From positions 1 through 61,251 of the forward strand of contig JBIPLF010000006.1 of assembly GCA_044368015.1 (NCBI GenBank): 61,251 nt of DNA, read 5' to 3'. A program made the position numbers and the translations under genes. Of this stretch, positions 28,130-37,906 are shown piece after piece. The stretch is from Rickettsiales bacterium (GTDB taxonomy: Bacteria; Pseudomonadota; Alphaproteobacteria; Rickettsiales; RI-342). The notes under the pieces are model-generated. The model saw only the letters and a program-made list of their open reading frames with translations, had not been told where the DNA came from and searched no databases. Each line of letters opens with the position of its first letter. Positions within the stretch are counted from its first letter, which is position 1.

Positions 28130-28159
28130 ACGGACGCCCTAAGTGTATATACAATAAGT

Positions 28160-29614
28160 CTAGGGCGCAAGCAGCTTTATCAGCAAATCATTGACGGCTT
28201 TGGGATTGGCCTTGCCGCCGCTTTCCTTCATCACCTGCCCGACGAAAAAGCCAAACAGCTTGTCTTTCCCGCTACGGTATTCGGCTACCTTATCGGCGTT
28301 TGTCTCCATCACCTTGCGGATCACGGCCTCAATCGCGCCCGTATCCGATACTTGCGTTAGCCCTTGTGCGGCGACGATGGCGGCGGCGTCCTGCCCGGTC
28401 TCCCACATGGACTCAAACACCTGCTTGGCGATCTTCCCTGAGATGGTGTCGTCGGCAATCAGTGTCAAGAGGCCCGCCAGTTTTTCTGCCGCAATGGGCG
28501 AGGCGTCGATGGGGGTATCCTCCTTGTTCAGCCGGGCGAAGAGTTCTCCTGTCACCCAGTTGGCGGCGAGTTTGGGGTCCGCTTTGGCAGCCACGGCATC
28601 GAAATACGCCGCCACCTTCTGCTCGGCCACCAGCACGCTGGCGTCATAGGGGGTGAGACCGTATTGCGCGATGTAACGCTGTTTTTTGGCGTCGGGCAGT
28701 TCCGGCAGGGCGGCGCGCACTTCCTCAATGAAGCCGGGAGCGAGTTCCAGCGGCAGCAGATCGGGATCGGGGAAATAGCGGTAATCATGCGCGTCTTCCT
28801 TGGAGCGCATGGTGCGGGTTTCATTCAGTGCGGAATCATAGAGCCGCGTTTCCTGATCCACCGGCTTGCCTGCTTCCAGCAGCGCCACCTGCCGGTGGGC
28901 CTCAACCTCAATGGCCTTCATGAGAAAGCGCACCGAATTGAGGTTTTTGATCTCGCAGCGCGTGCCGAATCCATCCCCCGGACGGCGCACGGAGACGTTC
29001 GCATCGCAGCGCAGCTCGCCCTTTTCCATGTCGCCGCCACAGGTACCGAGGTACCGCAGGATGGAGCGTAGTTTTTTCACGTAGGCGGCGGCCTCCTCCG
29101 GGGTACGCATATCTGGTTCGGAGACGATTTCCATCAAGGCCACACCGGCGCGGTTGAGGTCGATATAGCTCCAATGCGGGCTGTGTTCGTGTAGGCTTTT
29201 GCCGGCATCCTGCTCCAGATGCAGCCTTGTGATACCGATTTCGCGGCTGGAGCCGTCTTCAAGGTCGATGGTGAGCGTCCCCTTGCCGACAATCGGGTCC
29301 AGATATTGCGAAATCTGGTAGCCCTGTGGCAGATCGGGGTAAAAATAATTTTTACGGTCAAACACCGAGCGCTGGTTCACCTGCGCCTGAAGCGCGAGTC
29401 CCGTCCGCACCGCCTGACGCACCGCCTCGCGGTTAATCACCGGCAGCATACCGGGCATGGCGGCATCCACCAGCGACACATGATGGTTGGGTGCCGCGCC
29501 AAACCCGGTCGAGGCACCGGAAAAGAGCTTGGATCTGGTGGTGATCTGCGCGTGCACCTCCAGCCCGATCACCAGTTCCCATACGCCGGTATTGCCCTGA
29601 ATTTGGTAGGTCAT
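28160..29614 (-). CDS. gatB: Asp/Glu-tRNA amidotransferase subunit B
   Basis: [38 protein letters not shown]; GGAG RBS before ATG 29614. Confidence 0.98.
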   Translation of the reverse strand: MTYQIQGNTGVWELVIGLEVHAQITTRSKLFSGASTGFGAAPNHHVSLVDAAMPGMLPVINREAVRQAVRTGLALQAQVNQRSVFDRKNYFYPDLPQGYQISQYLDPIVGKGTLTIDLEDGSSREIGITRLHLEQDAGKSLHEHSPHWSYIDLNRAGVALMEIVSEPDMRTPEEAAAYVKKLRSILRYLGTCGGDMEKGELRCDANVSVRRPGDGFGTRCEIKNLNSVRFLMKAIEVEAHRQVALLEAGKPVDQETRLYDSALNETRTMRSKEDAHDYRYFPDPDLLPLELAPGFIEEVRAALPELPDAKKQRYIAQYGLTPYDASVLVAEQKVAAYFDAVAAKADPKLAANWVTGELFARLNKEDTPIDASPIAAEKLAGLLTLIADDTISGKIAKQVFESMWETGQDAAAIVAAQGLTQVSDTGAIEAVIRKVMETNADKVAEYRSGKDKLFGFFVGQVMKESGGKANPKAVNDLLIKLLAP

Positions 29615-29644
29615 GCGTTGCTCCGTCCTTCTCGCACCCGATAC

Positions 29645-29790
29645 TCGACCTCTTTCGAAACTCGCTGTGGTGAGGAAAGCGCGAGGAGAAATCGCCCACA
29701 GAACCGGAATGTACATTTGGGTACATGAGGATTCGAGGACGATTGCGACAAGCAGATTTTCCACCACAGTAGAGTTACAAAAGAGGTCTA
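29645..29790. repeat. Rickettsia palindromic element RPE-1-like MITE
   Basis: TCGACCTCTTTCGAAACTC...GAGTTACAAAAGAGGTCTA inverted ends; translates to RPLSKLA...RTGMY..VHEDS.T, like the RPE1 peptide. Confidence 0.8.
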
Positions 29791-29917
29791 CTGTGTTCTC
29801 AGTACCCGCCGCAGACCCCAGATGCAAGTGTCTGGTAAGGGTATTTTAATCTTCCTCCCTTACATTCAAGCATGGATTTCTCTATATTCGCCTCGGAAAC
29901 ACGGTATCATGTCAGAT

Positions 29918-30766
29918 ATGAACGATAGCACGTCGCACTATTACCTCATTGGATCGCATCAGGAGCGGCAGGGACCGTACGACCTGGTGGCCATGGTGCG
30001 CAAAATCCGCACCGGCAAGCTGATGGCGGATAATCCCGTGGTGATGGGCAATAACGACAGCGCCAAACCCGCCGCTGAATGGCCGGAATTGAAGCCCTTC
30101 TTTGCCGAAGCGGAAGAAAGCGATTCCATCATTGCGGTCAATCCCCGCAAGCCGCTCTCTTTTGTAGCACTGGTGCGCGATGGGCTGGAAATTCTCAGCC
30201 ACAACCCCCGCATTTATCTCTATACGGGTGTGTATCTGCTGGTGAATCTTGGGCTTACTATGGCGAGCATCGACCTGCCATTTCTGATAAAATATGCAGT
30301 GTTTTTGGGGTATCTGATCGCGCTATGTTTTTATATGCATGTCATGCATCGCAGCATCAACGGTCAGGTGATTGATTGGAGTTATGCCGCACTTCGTCTG
30401 CGGCAGAGCATCAAGGATATCGCCATTGCCGGCAGCATTGCTTTCATCCCCTTCATCGCCGTGTATGTGTTGCCGCCCCGCGTGGTGTTGCTGATTACCG
30501 TGCCGCTGTTGACGCTGCTCATCACCTTCTATCTGTTCACCCCCCTGCTGTTGATTGAAGGGAAGCAGAAATTCTGGCCTGCCCTTGAAAACAGTCGCCT
30601 GAAGGTAATGCAAATGGGAATCCATAATTTCACGGTGCTGTTTGGGTTGATCGTCGCCAATTATGCGGGGCTGTTGATTCTGGGGGTGCCGGTACTTTTT
30701 ACCCTACCGCTGACCGTGATCGCCATCTGCCGGATTTACGAGGAAATGTTCCCGGCTGCTTTATAA
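29918..30766 (+). CDS. Membrane protein with N-terminal GYF_2 (DUF4339)-like domain
   Basis: YY......QGPY...M...I..GK....WPEL followed by ~6 TM segments; alternative start 29909. Confidence 0.65.
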   Translation: MNDSTSHYYLIGSHQERQGPYDLVAMVRKIRTGKLMADNPVVMGNNDSAKPAAEWPELKPFFAEAEESDSIIAVNPRKPLSFVALVRDGLEILSHNPRIYLYTGVYLLVNLGLTMASIDLPFLIKYAVFLGYLIALCFYMHVMHRSINGQVIDWSYAALRLRQSIKDIAIAGSIAFIPFIAVYVLPPRVVLLITVPLLTLLITFYLFTPLLLIEGKQKFWPALENSRLKVMQMGIHNFTVLFGLIVANYAGLLILGVPVLFTLPLTVIAICRIYEEMFPAAL

Positions 30767-30836
30767 GGCCATTTACACATTCAGGGGGCGTCCACCATGC
30801 GTTCCAAACCAAGACTAACCCATGTGGCGGAGAGTG

Positions 30837-31002
30837 CTAGGGCGTGTGGTCAGTTGGGTTTATGGGATGTTTTGCGGTATTTTTGAGCGAAAATGGGAGG
30901 AGATTTTTCATCGTAGCGGTACTACGTTGAACAAATCGAGTCACATGTGCAGCCCAAAAGACTCAAAATCAGGAAATGAACCCAATTGACCACACGCCCT
31001 AG
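30837..31002. mobile_element. MITE with 24-bp terminal inverted repeats, CTAG at both ends
   Basis: CTAGGGCGTGTGGTCAGTTGGGTT ... AACCCAATTGACCACACGCCCTAG (1 mismatch); no ORF. Confidence 0.85.
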
Positions 31003-31008
31003 GCCAAC

Positions 31009-31512
31009 TTAGGCAAGGCTTTGACTTGTGTGAACCACCGCTTTCCAAGGCGCCAGCTGGGCGTGGGTGAGAGCGATGGCCAGCGCATCGGCTTCGTCGG
31101 CGGTTTTAGCGGTGGCGGAGGGCAGAAAGAACCGCACCATCTGCGCCACTTGCGTTTTATCCCCTTTGCCCGATCCGGTAACGGTTTGCTTCACTTCGCG
31201 GGGGCTATAGGCATGGACCGCCAGCCCTTCCAGCCCCAGAAGCGTCAGGATTGCCCCCCGCGCCTGCCCCAGTTTGAGGGTGGAGGCACCGTTGACGCTG
31301 ACGAATACTTCCTCCAGCGCAACGCTATCGGGGCTGTGGAGGGACACCACCTGCTTCAACCCGCGATGAAGGGTGGCCAGCCGCTCCTGCATCGCGTCCT
31401 CCTTGCGCGTGGTGATGTGTCCGCAGGCAACAAACGAAAGCTGGTTGCCGGTGGCGGTAATCACCCCCCATCCGGTTCGTTGCAGGCCGGGATCAATACC
31501 GAGAATACGCAT
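31009..31512 (-). CDS. ruvC: Holliday junction resolvase
   Basis: RILGIDPG...GWG, LKLGQARG, D.ADALAIA. Confidence 0.97.
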   Translation of the reverse strand: MRILGIDPGLQRTGWGVITATGNQLSFVACGHITTRKEDAMQERLATLHRGLKQVVSLHSPDSVALEEVFVSVNGASTLKLGQARGAILTLLGLEGLAVHAYSPREVKQTVTGSGKGDKTQVAQMVRFFLPSATAKTADEADALAIALTHAQLAPWKAVVHTSQSLA

Positions 31513-31563
31513 GGGTGTTCATCCAGTACGAGAGAGTTCCTCCCCCTCAAGCAGGGGAGGGAT

Positions 31564-32313
31564 TCACGCCTCGCTCAGTTTCTGCAACAGAGCATCCGGA
31601 ATATCGGCGTTGGTGTAGACACGCTGCACGTCGTCATGGTCTTCCAGTGCCTCCACCAGGTCGAGCAGGGATTCGGCTTTTTCCTCATCCAGCGGAGTGG
31701 TGACGGAGGCAATCCACACCATCCGGGCGGTGGAGGGATCGCCGCAACGGGCGGCCATGCCCTCGCGCACCAGATTGAGATCGTCGATGGCGCAGGTGAC
31801 GGTATGCTGCTCGCTATCGGAGGTGCAATCCTCGGCGCCCGCTTCAATCGCCGCTTCCAGCACCCTGTCCTCGCTGCCTGCGCTGGCGGGGTATTCGAGC
31901 ATCCCCACACGCTGAAACTGAAACGCCACACTGCCGGTTTCGCCCAGATTCCCGCCCTTTTTGGTGAAAATGCTGCGCACATCGGCGGCGGTACGGTTGC
32001 GGTTATCGGTGAGGGCTTCCACAATCACCGCCACGCCGCCGGGACCGTAGCCTTCGTAGCGGATTTCCTCGTAATCCTGCCCACCGGCGACTCCAGAGGC
32101 GCGCTTGATGGCGGTATCAATTTTATCACGCGGCATGTTCTGCACGCGGGCGGCCTGAATGGCGCTGCGTAGCCGGGGATTGGACGCGGGATCGACGTTG
32201 ATTTTGGCCGCAATGGTGATCTCCTTACCCAGCTTGGTAAAGAGCTTGGCGCGCTTGGCATCCTGCGCGCCCTTGCGGTACATGATGTTTTTGAACTGTG
32301 AATGTCCGGCCAT
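31564..32313 (-). CDS. yebC: YebC/PmpR family protein
   Basis: [32 protein letters not shown]. Confidence 0.97.
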   Translation of the reverse strand: MAGHSQFKNIMYRKGAQDAKRAKLFTKLGKEITIAAKINVDPASNPRLRSAIQAARVQNMPRDKIDTAIKRASGVAGGQDYEEIRYEGYGPGGVAVIVEALTDNRNRTAADVRSIFTKKGGNLGETGSVAFQFQRVGMLEYPASAGSEDRVLEAAIEAGAEDCTSDSEQHTVTCAIDDLNLVREGMAARCGDPSTARMVWIASVTTPLDEEKAESLLDLVEALEDHDDVQRVYTNADIPDALLQKLSEA

Positions 32314-32592
32314 AATCAGGGGTCAGGGTTCGGGATTCAGGAATCAGGGAAGACAGAAAGAGAGGGGGCCGGGGGGTAAGAAGCGTTTGCTAAATTGCGT
32401 GACCTAGTCCCCTCCCCTGCTTGCGGGGGAGGGTTAGGGAGGGGGTGTCGTAAACAAAAAAGCCTTTGTCATTATAAAGAACACCCTCCCCCTGCCCCCT
32501 CCCGCAAGCGGGAGGGGAGAGATGTGGAAACGTCGAGGGAAAACCACTTAGGAAACACTACACCTGAATCCTGACCCCCGAATCCTGAATCC
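32314..32592. repeat. Inverted heptamer (CCTGAAT/CCTGACC) arrays enclosing a CCCTCCCC-type palindrome (32408-32518)
   Basis: AATCAGG GGTCAGG... on the left, CCTGAAT CCTGACC... on the right; inner TCCCCTCCCCTGCTTGCGGGGGAGGG...CCCTCCCGCAAGCGGGAGGGGA. Confidence 0.8.
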
Positions 32593-32594
32593 TT

Positions 32595-33524
32595 CTAGCG
32601 TGCCCCCGCCATCGCAGAGACTTCGGCGGCGAAATCGCTTTCTTCCTTCTCAATACCGTCACCCAGCACAAACAGGCAGAAATCACGGATCACGATCGGC
32701 TTGCCGAGTTCTTTTTCCTTGGCGGCCACGGCTTCTTTGACCTTGGCTTTGCCGTCGATCACGAAGATTTGCTCCGGCAGAATCACTTCCTCAAAATATT
32801 TGCGGATGCCGCCTTCGACCATTTTTTCAATGATGTCAGCTGGTTTGCCGGAATTCTGCGCTTTCTCGCGCAACACGGCGCGTTCGCGCTCTACTTTGGA
32901 AGCCTCGATTTGCTCGGCACGCATCGCTTCCGGCTTGGCGGCGGCGATATGCATGGCGATCTGACGGCCAAACGCTTCCAGCTCCGCGCGCGGTGCTTCG
33001 GATTCCAGCGCCACCAGCACGCCGATTTTTCCCAGACCCGGTGCGACGCTGTTATGCAGGTAGCTCGCCACCACGCCTTTATCGGCAGAGAGGCTGTGGG
33101 TGCGGCGCAAATTCATGTTTTCGCCGATCACGCCAATCTGGTGCGCGATTTCGTCCGTCACGCTGCGGCCCGTGCCGGGGAAGGCGGCGGTTTTGAGTTG
33201 TTCCAGGTCGCCCTTAACCTTGAGGGCACAAGCGGCAATGGCGGTAACCATGGATTGGAACTGGTCGTTCCGTGCCACGAAATCGGTTTCGGAGTTCACC
33301 TCCACCAGTGCGGCGCTGTTGCCTTCCACTTGCAAGCCAATCAACCCTTCGGCGGCGACGCGTCCGGCTTTTTTGGCGGCGGCGGCAAGCCCTTTGGCAC
33401 GCAGCCAGTCGGTCGCGGCTTCCATATCACCGTTGCATTCGGTGAGGGCTTTTTTGCAGTCCATCATGCCTGCGCCGGTTTGTTCACGTAAGGATTTGAT
33501 ATCCAATGCAGAAATTGCGGTCAT
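32595..33524 (-). CDS. tsf: Elongation factor Ts
   Basis: LREQTGAGMMDCKKAL, EVNSETDFVARN. Confidence 0.98.
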   Translation of the reverse strand: MTAISALDIKSLREQTGAGMMDCKKALTECNGDMEAATDWLRAKGLAAAAKKAGRVAAEGLIGLQVEGNSAALVEVNSETDFVARNDQFQSMVTAIAACALKVKGDLEQLKTAAFPGTGRSVTDEIAHQIGVIGENMNLRRTHSLSADKGVVASYLHNSVAPGLGKIGVLVALESEAPRAELEAFGRQIAMHIAAAKPEAMRAEQIEASKVERERAVLREKAQNSGKPADIIEKMVEGGIRKYFEEVILPEQIFVIDGKAKVKEAVAAKEKELGKPIVIRDFCLFVLGDGIEKEESDFAAEVSAMAGAR

Positions 33525-33546
33525 AACGATCATCCTTGTTCAGAGC

Positions 33547-34449
33547 TTAATCAGCAGCTTTTTTCTTCGCTGCGGGCTTCTTCGCCGGTTTGGCGGTAGA
33601 TTTTTCCTCGGCCAGTTTGGCCAGCGCCTCGCCGGACGCCTGCTCTTTCGGAGCGGCTTTGGCTTTTTTGGCGGTGGCGTCGTTGGCGGCTTCACCGGCG
33701 GCGGCCCCTTCGGTGACGCTCACCACTTCGGCACGGCCCATATCGACGCCAGAGCGGGACATTTCGGCCTGAATCCCGGCCAGCACCGCGTCGGACATCA
33801 AGCGGCAATACATGGAGATGGCGCGGAGTGCGTCGTCATTCCCCGGAATCGGGAAATGGATACCGTCCGGATTGGAATTGCTGTCGAGCACCGCGATGAT
33901 CGGAATCCCCAGACGGCTGGCTTCGGCAATGGCGATATGCTCTTTGTTGGTGTCGATGACAAAGATGATGTCCGGCAGACCGGCCATGTCCTTGATCCCA
34001 CCGAGCGAACGCTCCAGCTTATCGCACTGGCGTTGCAGCTCCAGAATTTCTTTCTTGGTGAGGCCTTGCAGATCGCCCGCCAGTTGTTCTTCCATCTTCT
34101 TCAAGCGACGGATCGAGCGCGAAATGGTACGCCAGTTGGTGAGCATCCCACCCAGCCAGCGGTAATTCACATAATACTGGCCGCAACGTTTGGCTTCAGC
34201 AGCCACCACTTCCTGTGCCTGACGCTTGGTACCGACAAACAGCACGCGGCCACCTTTGGTGACGATATCGCGCACCGAATGCAGGGCGCGGTGCATCAGA
34301 GGAACGGTTTGTTGCAGGTCAATGATATGCACATCGTTGCGAATGCCGAAGATGAACGGCGCCATGCGCGGATCCCAGCGTTGGGCGCGGTGACCGTAAT
34401 GGACGCCAGCGTCCAGAAGTTCCTGAATGGTAAAAGCGGGAAGAGACAT
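33547..34449 (-). CDS. rpsB: 30S ribosomal protein S2
   Basis: [28 protein letters not shown]. Confidence 0.99.
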   Translation of the reverse strand: MSLPAFTIQELLDAGVHYGHRAQRWDPRMAPFIFGIRNDVHIIDLQQTVPLMHRALHSVRDIVTKGGRVLFVGTKRQAQEVVAAEAKRCGQYYVNYRWLGGMLTNWRTISRSIRRLKKMEEQLAGDLQGLTKKEILELQRQCDKLERSLGGIKDMAGLPDIIFVIDTNKEHIAIAEASRLGIPIIAVLDSNSNPDGIHFPIPGNDDALRAISMYCRLMSDAVLAGIQAEMSRSGVDMGRAEVVSVTEGAAAGEAANDATAKKAKAAPKEQASGEALAKLAEEKSTAKPAKKPAAKKKAAD

Positions 34450-34465
34450 GTTGTTTCCTTATGTT

Positions 34466-34535
34466 CTCGGTTAAGCCGCCGCACGGGAGAGGAAGCGCTT
34501 GCGACGCTTCACCGGAACAGCCCGTGCGTGTGAAT
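34466..34535 (-). ncRNA. rpsB leader (t44/S2-binding element)
   Basis: TTCACACGCACGGG...CCCGTGCGGCGGCTTAACCG directly upstream of the rpsB RBS. Confidence 0.65.
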
Positions 34536-34537
34536 TC

Positions 34538-34610
34538 GGTGCCATTTCCCATTTCTGCCTACACCGCGTCCTGCATCGGACTCCCCGTGTACACAAAAAG
34601 CGAAAACACC
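34538..34610. repeat. Short derivative of the 50158-50259 MITE family in the rpsB leader
   Basis: Shares ATTTCCCATTT and AAAAAGCGAAAACAC end motifs. Confidence 0.55.
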
Positions 34611-34762
34611 CCCTTACAATAATAGAAGGGACATGGCCGTTACCCCATATCCACCCAAAACGCAAGCACAAACCCGCTCCCCATGCGGCGGTGCAACAAC
34701 GAATTTTCTTGTCATGTGGCGCACGCACGGGATACAGAATGGCTCGTTTCCTGAGGCGAGGT

Positions 34763-34858
34763 GTCATCCTGACGCAGAGCGTAGCGAAGCGGAAGGATCT
34801 CTCATCCTACCAAGCCGTTGGTTCAAGTAGAGAGATGCTTCACTCCGTTCAGCATGAC
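34763..34858. repeat. GTCAT...ATGAC palindromic repeat, copy 2 (inverted)
   Basis: Last 35 nt are the exact reverse complement of 26500-26534. Confidence 0.85.
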
Positions 34859-34907
34859 GCGAGATACTGCCGCCTCTTTCCAATATCCATGTGAAGGAGC
34901 ACGCCTA

Positions 34908-35633
34908 ATGACCCGCCTAGCAGTCGTCACCGGAGGTACACGCGGTATTGGCGCGGCGATTTGCCGCAAATTGAAAGAGGATGGCTATCTGGTCGCCGCC
35001 AACTACGCCACCAACCATGAAATGGCGGAGAAATTCCGCAAAGAGACCGGCATTCATACCTTTTCCTGGGATGTTAGCTCACTGGATGCCTGTCGCGACG
35101 GTGTGGCAAAGGTGGTCGCGGAACTCGGCAGGCCGGTGGAAGTGCTGGTGAACAATGCCGGGATCACCCGCGACCGCGCCATCCATAAAATGGAGGTCGA
35201 GGAATGGACTTCCGTGGTGCATACCAACCTCGATTCCTGCTTCAACATGACGCGGGTGGTGATTGAGACGATGCGTGAGCGGCAATTCGGGCGCATCGTC
35301 AGCATCAGCTCGGTGAATGGCCAGTTGGGGCAGTTCGGCCAGACCAATTACTCCGCCGCGAAATCGGGGATTTTCGGCTTCACCAAGGCGCTTGCCCGTG
35401 AATCCGCGGCGAAGGGGATTACCGTGAACGCTGTTGCCCCCGGATACATCGCCACCGAAATGGTCGCGGCGGTAAAGCCCGATGTGCTGGACCAGATCGT
35501 CTCGCAAATTCCGGTGCGGCGTTTGGGCCAGCCGGAGGAGATCGCCCGCTGCGTGGCGTTCCTCGTCTCCGATGACGCGGGGTATATCACCGGCGAGACG
35601 CTTTCCATCAATGGTGGCTTGCACATGGAGTAG
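34908..35633 (+). CDS. phbB: Acetoacetyl-CoA reductase (PHB synthesis)
   Basis: TGGTRGIG, NNAGITRD, GQFGQTNYSAAK; AAGGAG RBS. Confidence 0.93.
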   Translation: MTRLAVVTGGTRGIGAAICRKLKEDGYLVAANYATNHEMAEKFRKETGIHTFSWDVSSLDACRDGVAKVVAELGRPVEVLVNNAGITRDRAIHKMEVEEWTSVVHTNLDSCFNMTRVVIETMRERQFGRIVSISSVNGQLGQFGQTNYSAAKSGIFGFTKALARESAAKGITVNAVAPGYIATEMVAAVKPDVLDQIVSQIPVRRLGQPEEIARCVAFLVSDDAGYITGETLSINGGLHME

Positions 35634-35636
35634 GTT

Positions 35637-35816
35637 TTAGCTGATTCCGTGCTCGTTTGACATATCCTGCCGTAAGGATGCATCCAGCTCTCCGAGGGGA
35701 AAGAGGCGATTGCCGAGCGCGTAAGCCGCGCTTGACACCGCCCTCGGCCATCCGAAATTAACCCCAGTATCGCCGACTAGGTACAGAACCGCGGCCGCTT
35801 CCTTCTTGATATCCAT
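35637..35816 (-). CDS. Hypothetical small protein (59 aa)
   Basis: G-rich RBS before ATG; ends convergently next to the phbB stop. Confidence 0.35.
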   Translation of the reverse strand: MDIKKEAAAVLYLVGDTGVNFGWPRAVSSAAYALGNRLFPLGELDASLRQDMSNEHGIS

Positions 35817-35985
35817 AGCCCCCCCCCTCACTCTCTCTTCCTCAGAATACATTTGAAACATGTCACTTTTATGACACCGCCCGCCCACTCGCCATTTATA
35901 CCCACTGGCCGTTCTGCCGGTTGATATCCCTCTTCCCGTTGTGTTGCATTTGCTGTATAATGCGCCACATAAAAGGAGAAGCCTG

Positions 35986-36243
35986 ATGCAGGATCAAATC
36001 AGTGTGCGCATTGACCATGCCACCAAAATAGCGGCAGAAGGAGTCTTTCAGGCGCTGGGGCTTTCGGCGACCGATGCCGTGCGTATGTTTTACAAGCAGG
36101 TGGTGTTGCATCGCGGATTGCCCTTTCCGGCGAAACTCCCCAATGCCGAAACACTGGAAGCCTTTCAGGAACTGGATGCAGGCGGCGGCCATGTTTCGAC
36201 GCTGGAGGATTTCAAGGCTGAATTGCGGCACCTTCAGTCGTGA
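35986..36243 (+). CDS. dinJ: RelB/DinJ antitoxin
   Basis: VRID...K..A..VF..LGLS..DAVRMF......GLPF...PN.ET; AAGGAG RBS. Confidence 0.9.
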   Translation: MQDQISVRIDHATKIAAEGVFQALGLSATDAVRMFYKQVVLHRGLPFPAKLPNAETLEAFQELDAGGGHVSTLEDFKAELRHLQS

Positions 36244-36506
36244 AGCAGATTATCCAGTCCAGCGCCTTTCAGCGAGACCTGCGAAAGATGGTGCGTCGCG
36301 GTAAGGAGATGGCGAAGCTCTACGCCATTGTGGAGTCCTTGGCGAAGGGAGAGGCACTGGCGGCCCGGCACAAACCCCATCCACTGACTGGCGACTGGAA
36401 ACCCAAATGGGATTGCCATATTGAACCGGACTGGCTGCTCATTTACGAAGTTACCGAAGATGCCGTGAAACTGGCTCGGACGGGTACCCATGCCGACCTC
36501 TTCTAG
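36240..36506 (+). CDS. yafQ: YafQ/RelE-family mRNA interferase
   Basis: H.LTG.W...DCHIEPDWLLIY...RTGTH.DLF; GTGA overlap with antitoxin. Confidence 0.92.
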   Translation: MKQIIQSSAFQRDLRKMVRRGKEMAKLYAIVESLAKGEALAARHKPHPLTGDWKPKWDCHIEPDWLLIYEVTEDAVKLARTGTHADLF

Positions 36507-37761
36507 GGCTTCCCCCCTCGCCATTTACATCCATTGGCCGTTTTGCCGGTCGAAATGTCCCTATTGCGACTTCAACAGCCATGTGCGAGACGCGGTGGAT
36601 GAGGCGGCGTGGGAGGAGGCGTTGCTTCAGGAGTTAGGGGTCGGGTGCCCCCCCTTGGAGGGCGTGCCCCCTCTCCCTCTGGGAGAGGGCAGGGTGAGGG
36701 AAAAACCACACACTGATCAGAATGCCCTCACCCCGGCCCTCTCCCAGAGGGAGAGGGAGCCCAGCCACTCTCTCGTCACCTCCATCTTCTTCGGCGGGGG
36801 AACGCCGTCCCTCATGCCGCCGCGCATTGTGGAGCGGTTGATTGCGCAGATTCACCGCCAATACCGGGTGGCGGAGGATGTGGAGATCACGCTGGAAGCC
36901 AATCCTACCTCGTCGGAGGCTTCGCGTTTCCGGGATTTCCGCGCCGCCGGGGTGAATCGCCTGTCCATGGGGATTCAGTCGCTGGATCCGGCATCTCTAA
37001 CCTTTCTCGGCCGCACCCATTCGGTGACGGAAGCCTTGCACGCATGGGAGGCAGCGCGGAGCATTTTCCCCCGGCACTCCTTCGATATGATTTACGCCCG
37101 TCCGGGGCAGACCGCCCTTCAATGGGAGCGGGAATTACAGCAGGCGCTAACGCACGCGGGCGATCATCTGTCGCTCTATCAATTGACCATCGAACCGGGT
37201 ACCGCCTTCGCCCAGCAATACCGGAAGGGGACGCTCACCCTGCCGCCGGATGACGAGGCCGTCGCCCTCTACAGCCTCACCCGCGAGATGATGGAGGCGG
37301 CGGGGCGCCCCTGGTACGAAATCTCCAATTACGCAGCACCGGGCGAGGCATGCCGCCACAATTTGAATTACTGGCGGAGCGTGGAGTATCTGGGGATTGG
37401 TCCCGGCGCACACGGTCGGGTGATGCATCAGGGCATCCGCCATGCCACCGTCACCGAGCGCAGCCCGGAAAAATGGCTGGAACGGGTGCAGCAACACGGC
37501 CATGGCAGGGTGGAATGCACGCCACTCACCCAAACCGAACGCGCCGAGGAAGTGCTGCTGATGGGATTGCGTTTGCGGGAGGGAATCCACGCCGAGGATT
37601 TTGCGCAACGCGCCGGGATGAAGCTACTGGAAGCCATCAACGAGGCGGCGCTTTCCATGCTGGTGCGGGAGGGGCTGCTGACCTTCGACGCGAACCGACT
37701 CGCCACCACTACGTCCGGGATATTGGTGCTGAATCGTGTGATTGCGGAGTTGGCGGCGTGA
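36490..37761 (+). CDS. hemW: Radical SAM heme chaperone HemW, carrying an in-frame repeat insertion
   Basis: [42 protein letters not shown]. Confidence 0.93.
   Translation: MPTSSRASPLAIYIHWPFCRSKCPYCDFNSHVRDAVDEAAWEEALLQELGVGCPPLEGVPPLPLGEGRVREKPHTDQNALTPALSQREREPSHSLVTSIFFGGGTPSLMPPRIVERLIAQIHRQYRVAEDVEITLEANPTSSEASRFRDFRAAGVNRLSMGIQSLDPASLTFLGRTHSVTEALHAWEAARSIFPRHSFDMIYARPGQTALQWERELQQALTHAGDHLSLYQLTIEPGTAFAQQYRKGTLTLPPDDEAVALYSLTREMMEAAGRPWYEISNYAAPGEACRHNLNYWRSVEYLGIGPGAHGRVMHQGIRHATVTERSPEKWLERVQQHGHGRVECTPLTQTERAEEVLLMGLRLREGIHAEDFAQRAGMKLLEAINEAALSMLVREGLLTFDANRLATTTSGILVLNRVIAELAA
36668..36757. repeat. CCCTCTCCC-type palindromic element inside the hemW CDS
   Basis: CCCTCTCCCTCTGGGAGAGGGCAGGGTGAGGG...CCCTCACCCCGGCCCTCTCCCAGAGGGAGAGGG. 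Confidence 0.9.
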
Positions 37762-37773
37762 AGATAGCCGTGC

Positions 37774-37871
37774 GTCATGCTGAGAGGGCTTGCCCTCGAA
37801 GCATCTCCCCGCTTGCGTCAACCTCTCTGTGTTTCGTAAATGGAGAGATCCTTCACTTCGTTCAGGATGAC
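37774..37871. repeat. GTCAT...ATGAC palindromic repeat, copy 3
   Basis: GTCATGCTGAG..GAAGCATCT...AGATCCTTCACTTCGTTCAGGATGAC. Confidence 0.85.
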
Positions 37872-37877
37872 GCCTCT

Positions 37878-37906
37878 CTTGATTTCCTCTCTCCCCACAC
37901 TATATA
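37878..37906 (+). promoter_or_regulatory. Probable RpoH/sigma70-type promoter, likely leaderless htpX
   Basis: CTTGATT-16-TATATA, 7 nt before the ATG; no SD. Confidence 0.5.

Noticed and set aside
29615-29827. 71-aa N-terminal extension of GatB
   Set aside because: Derived from the RPE-like element; good RBS and conserved N-terminus at 29614
35861-35876. TGTCA-N6-TGACA palindrome
   Set aside because: Single instance that cannot be assigned to a regulator or gene
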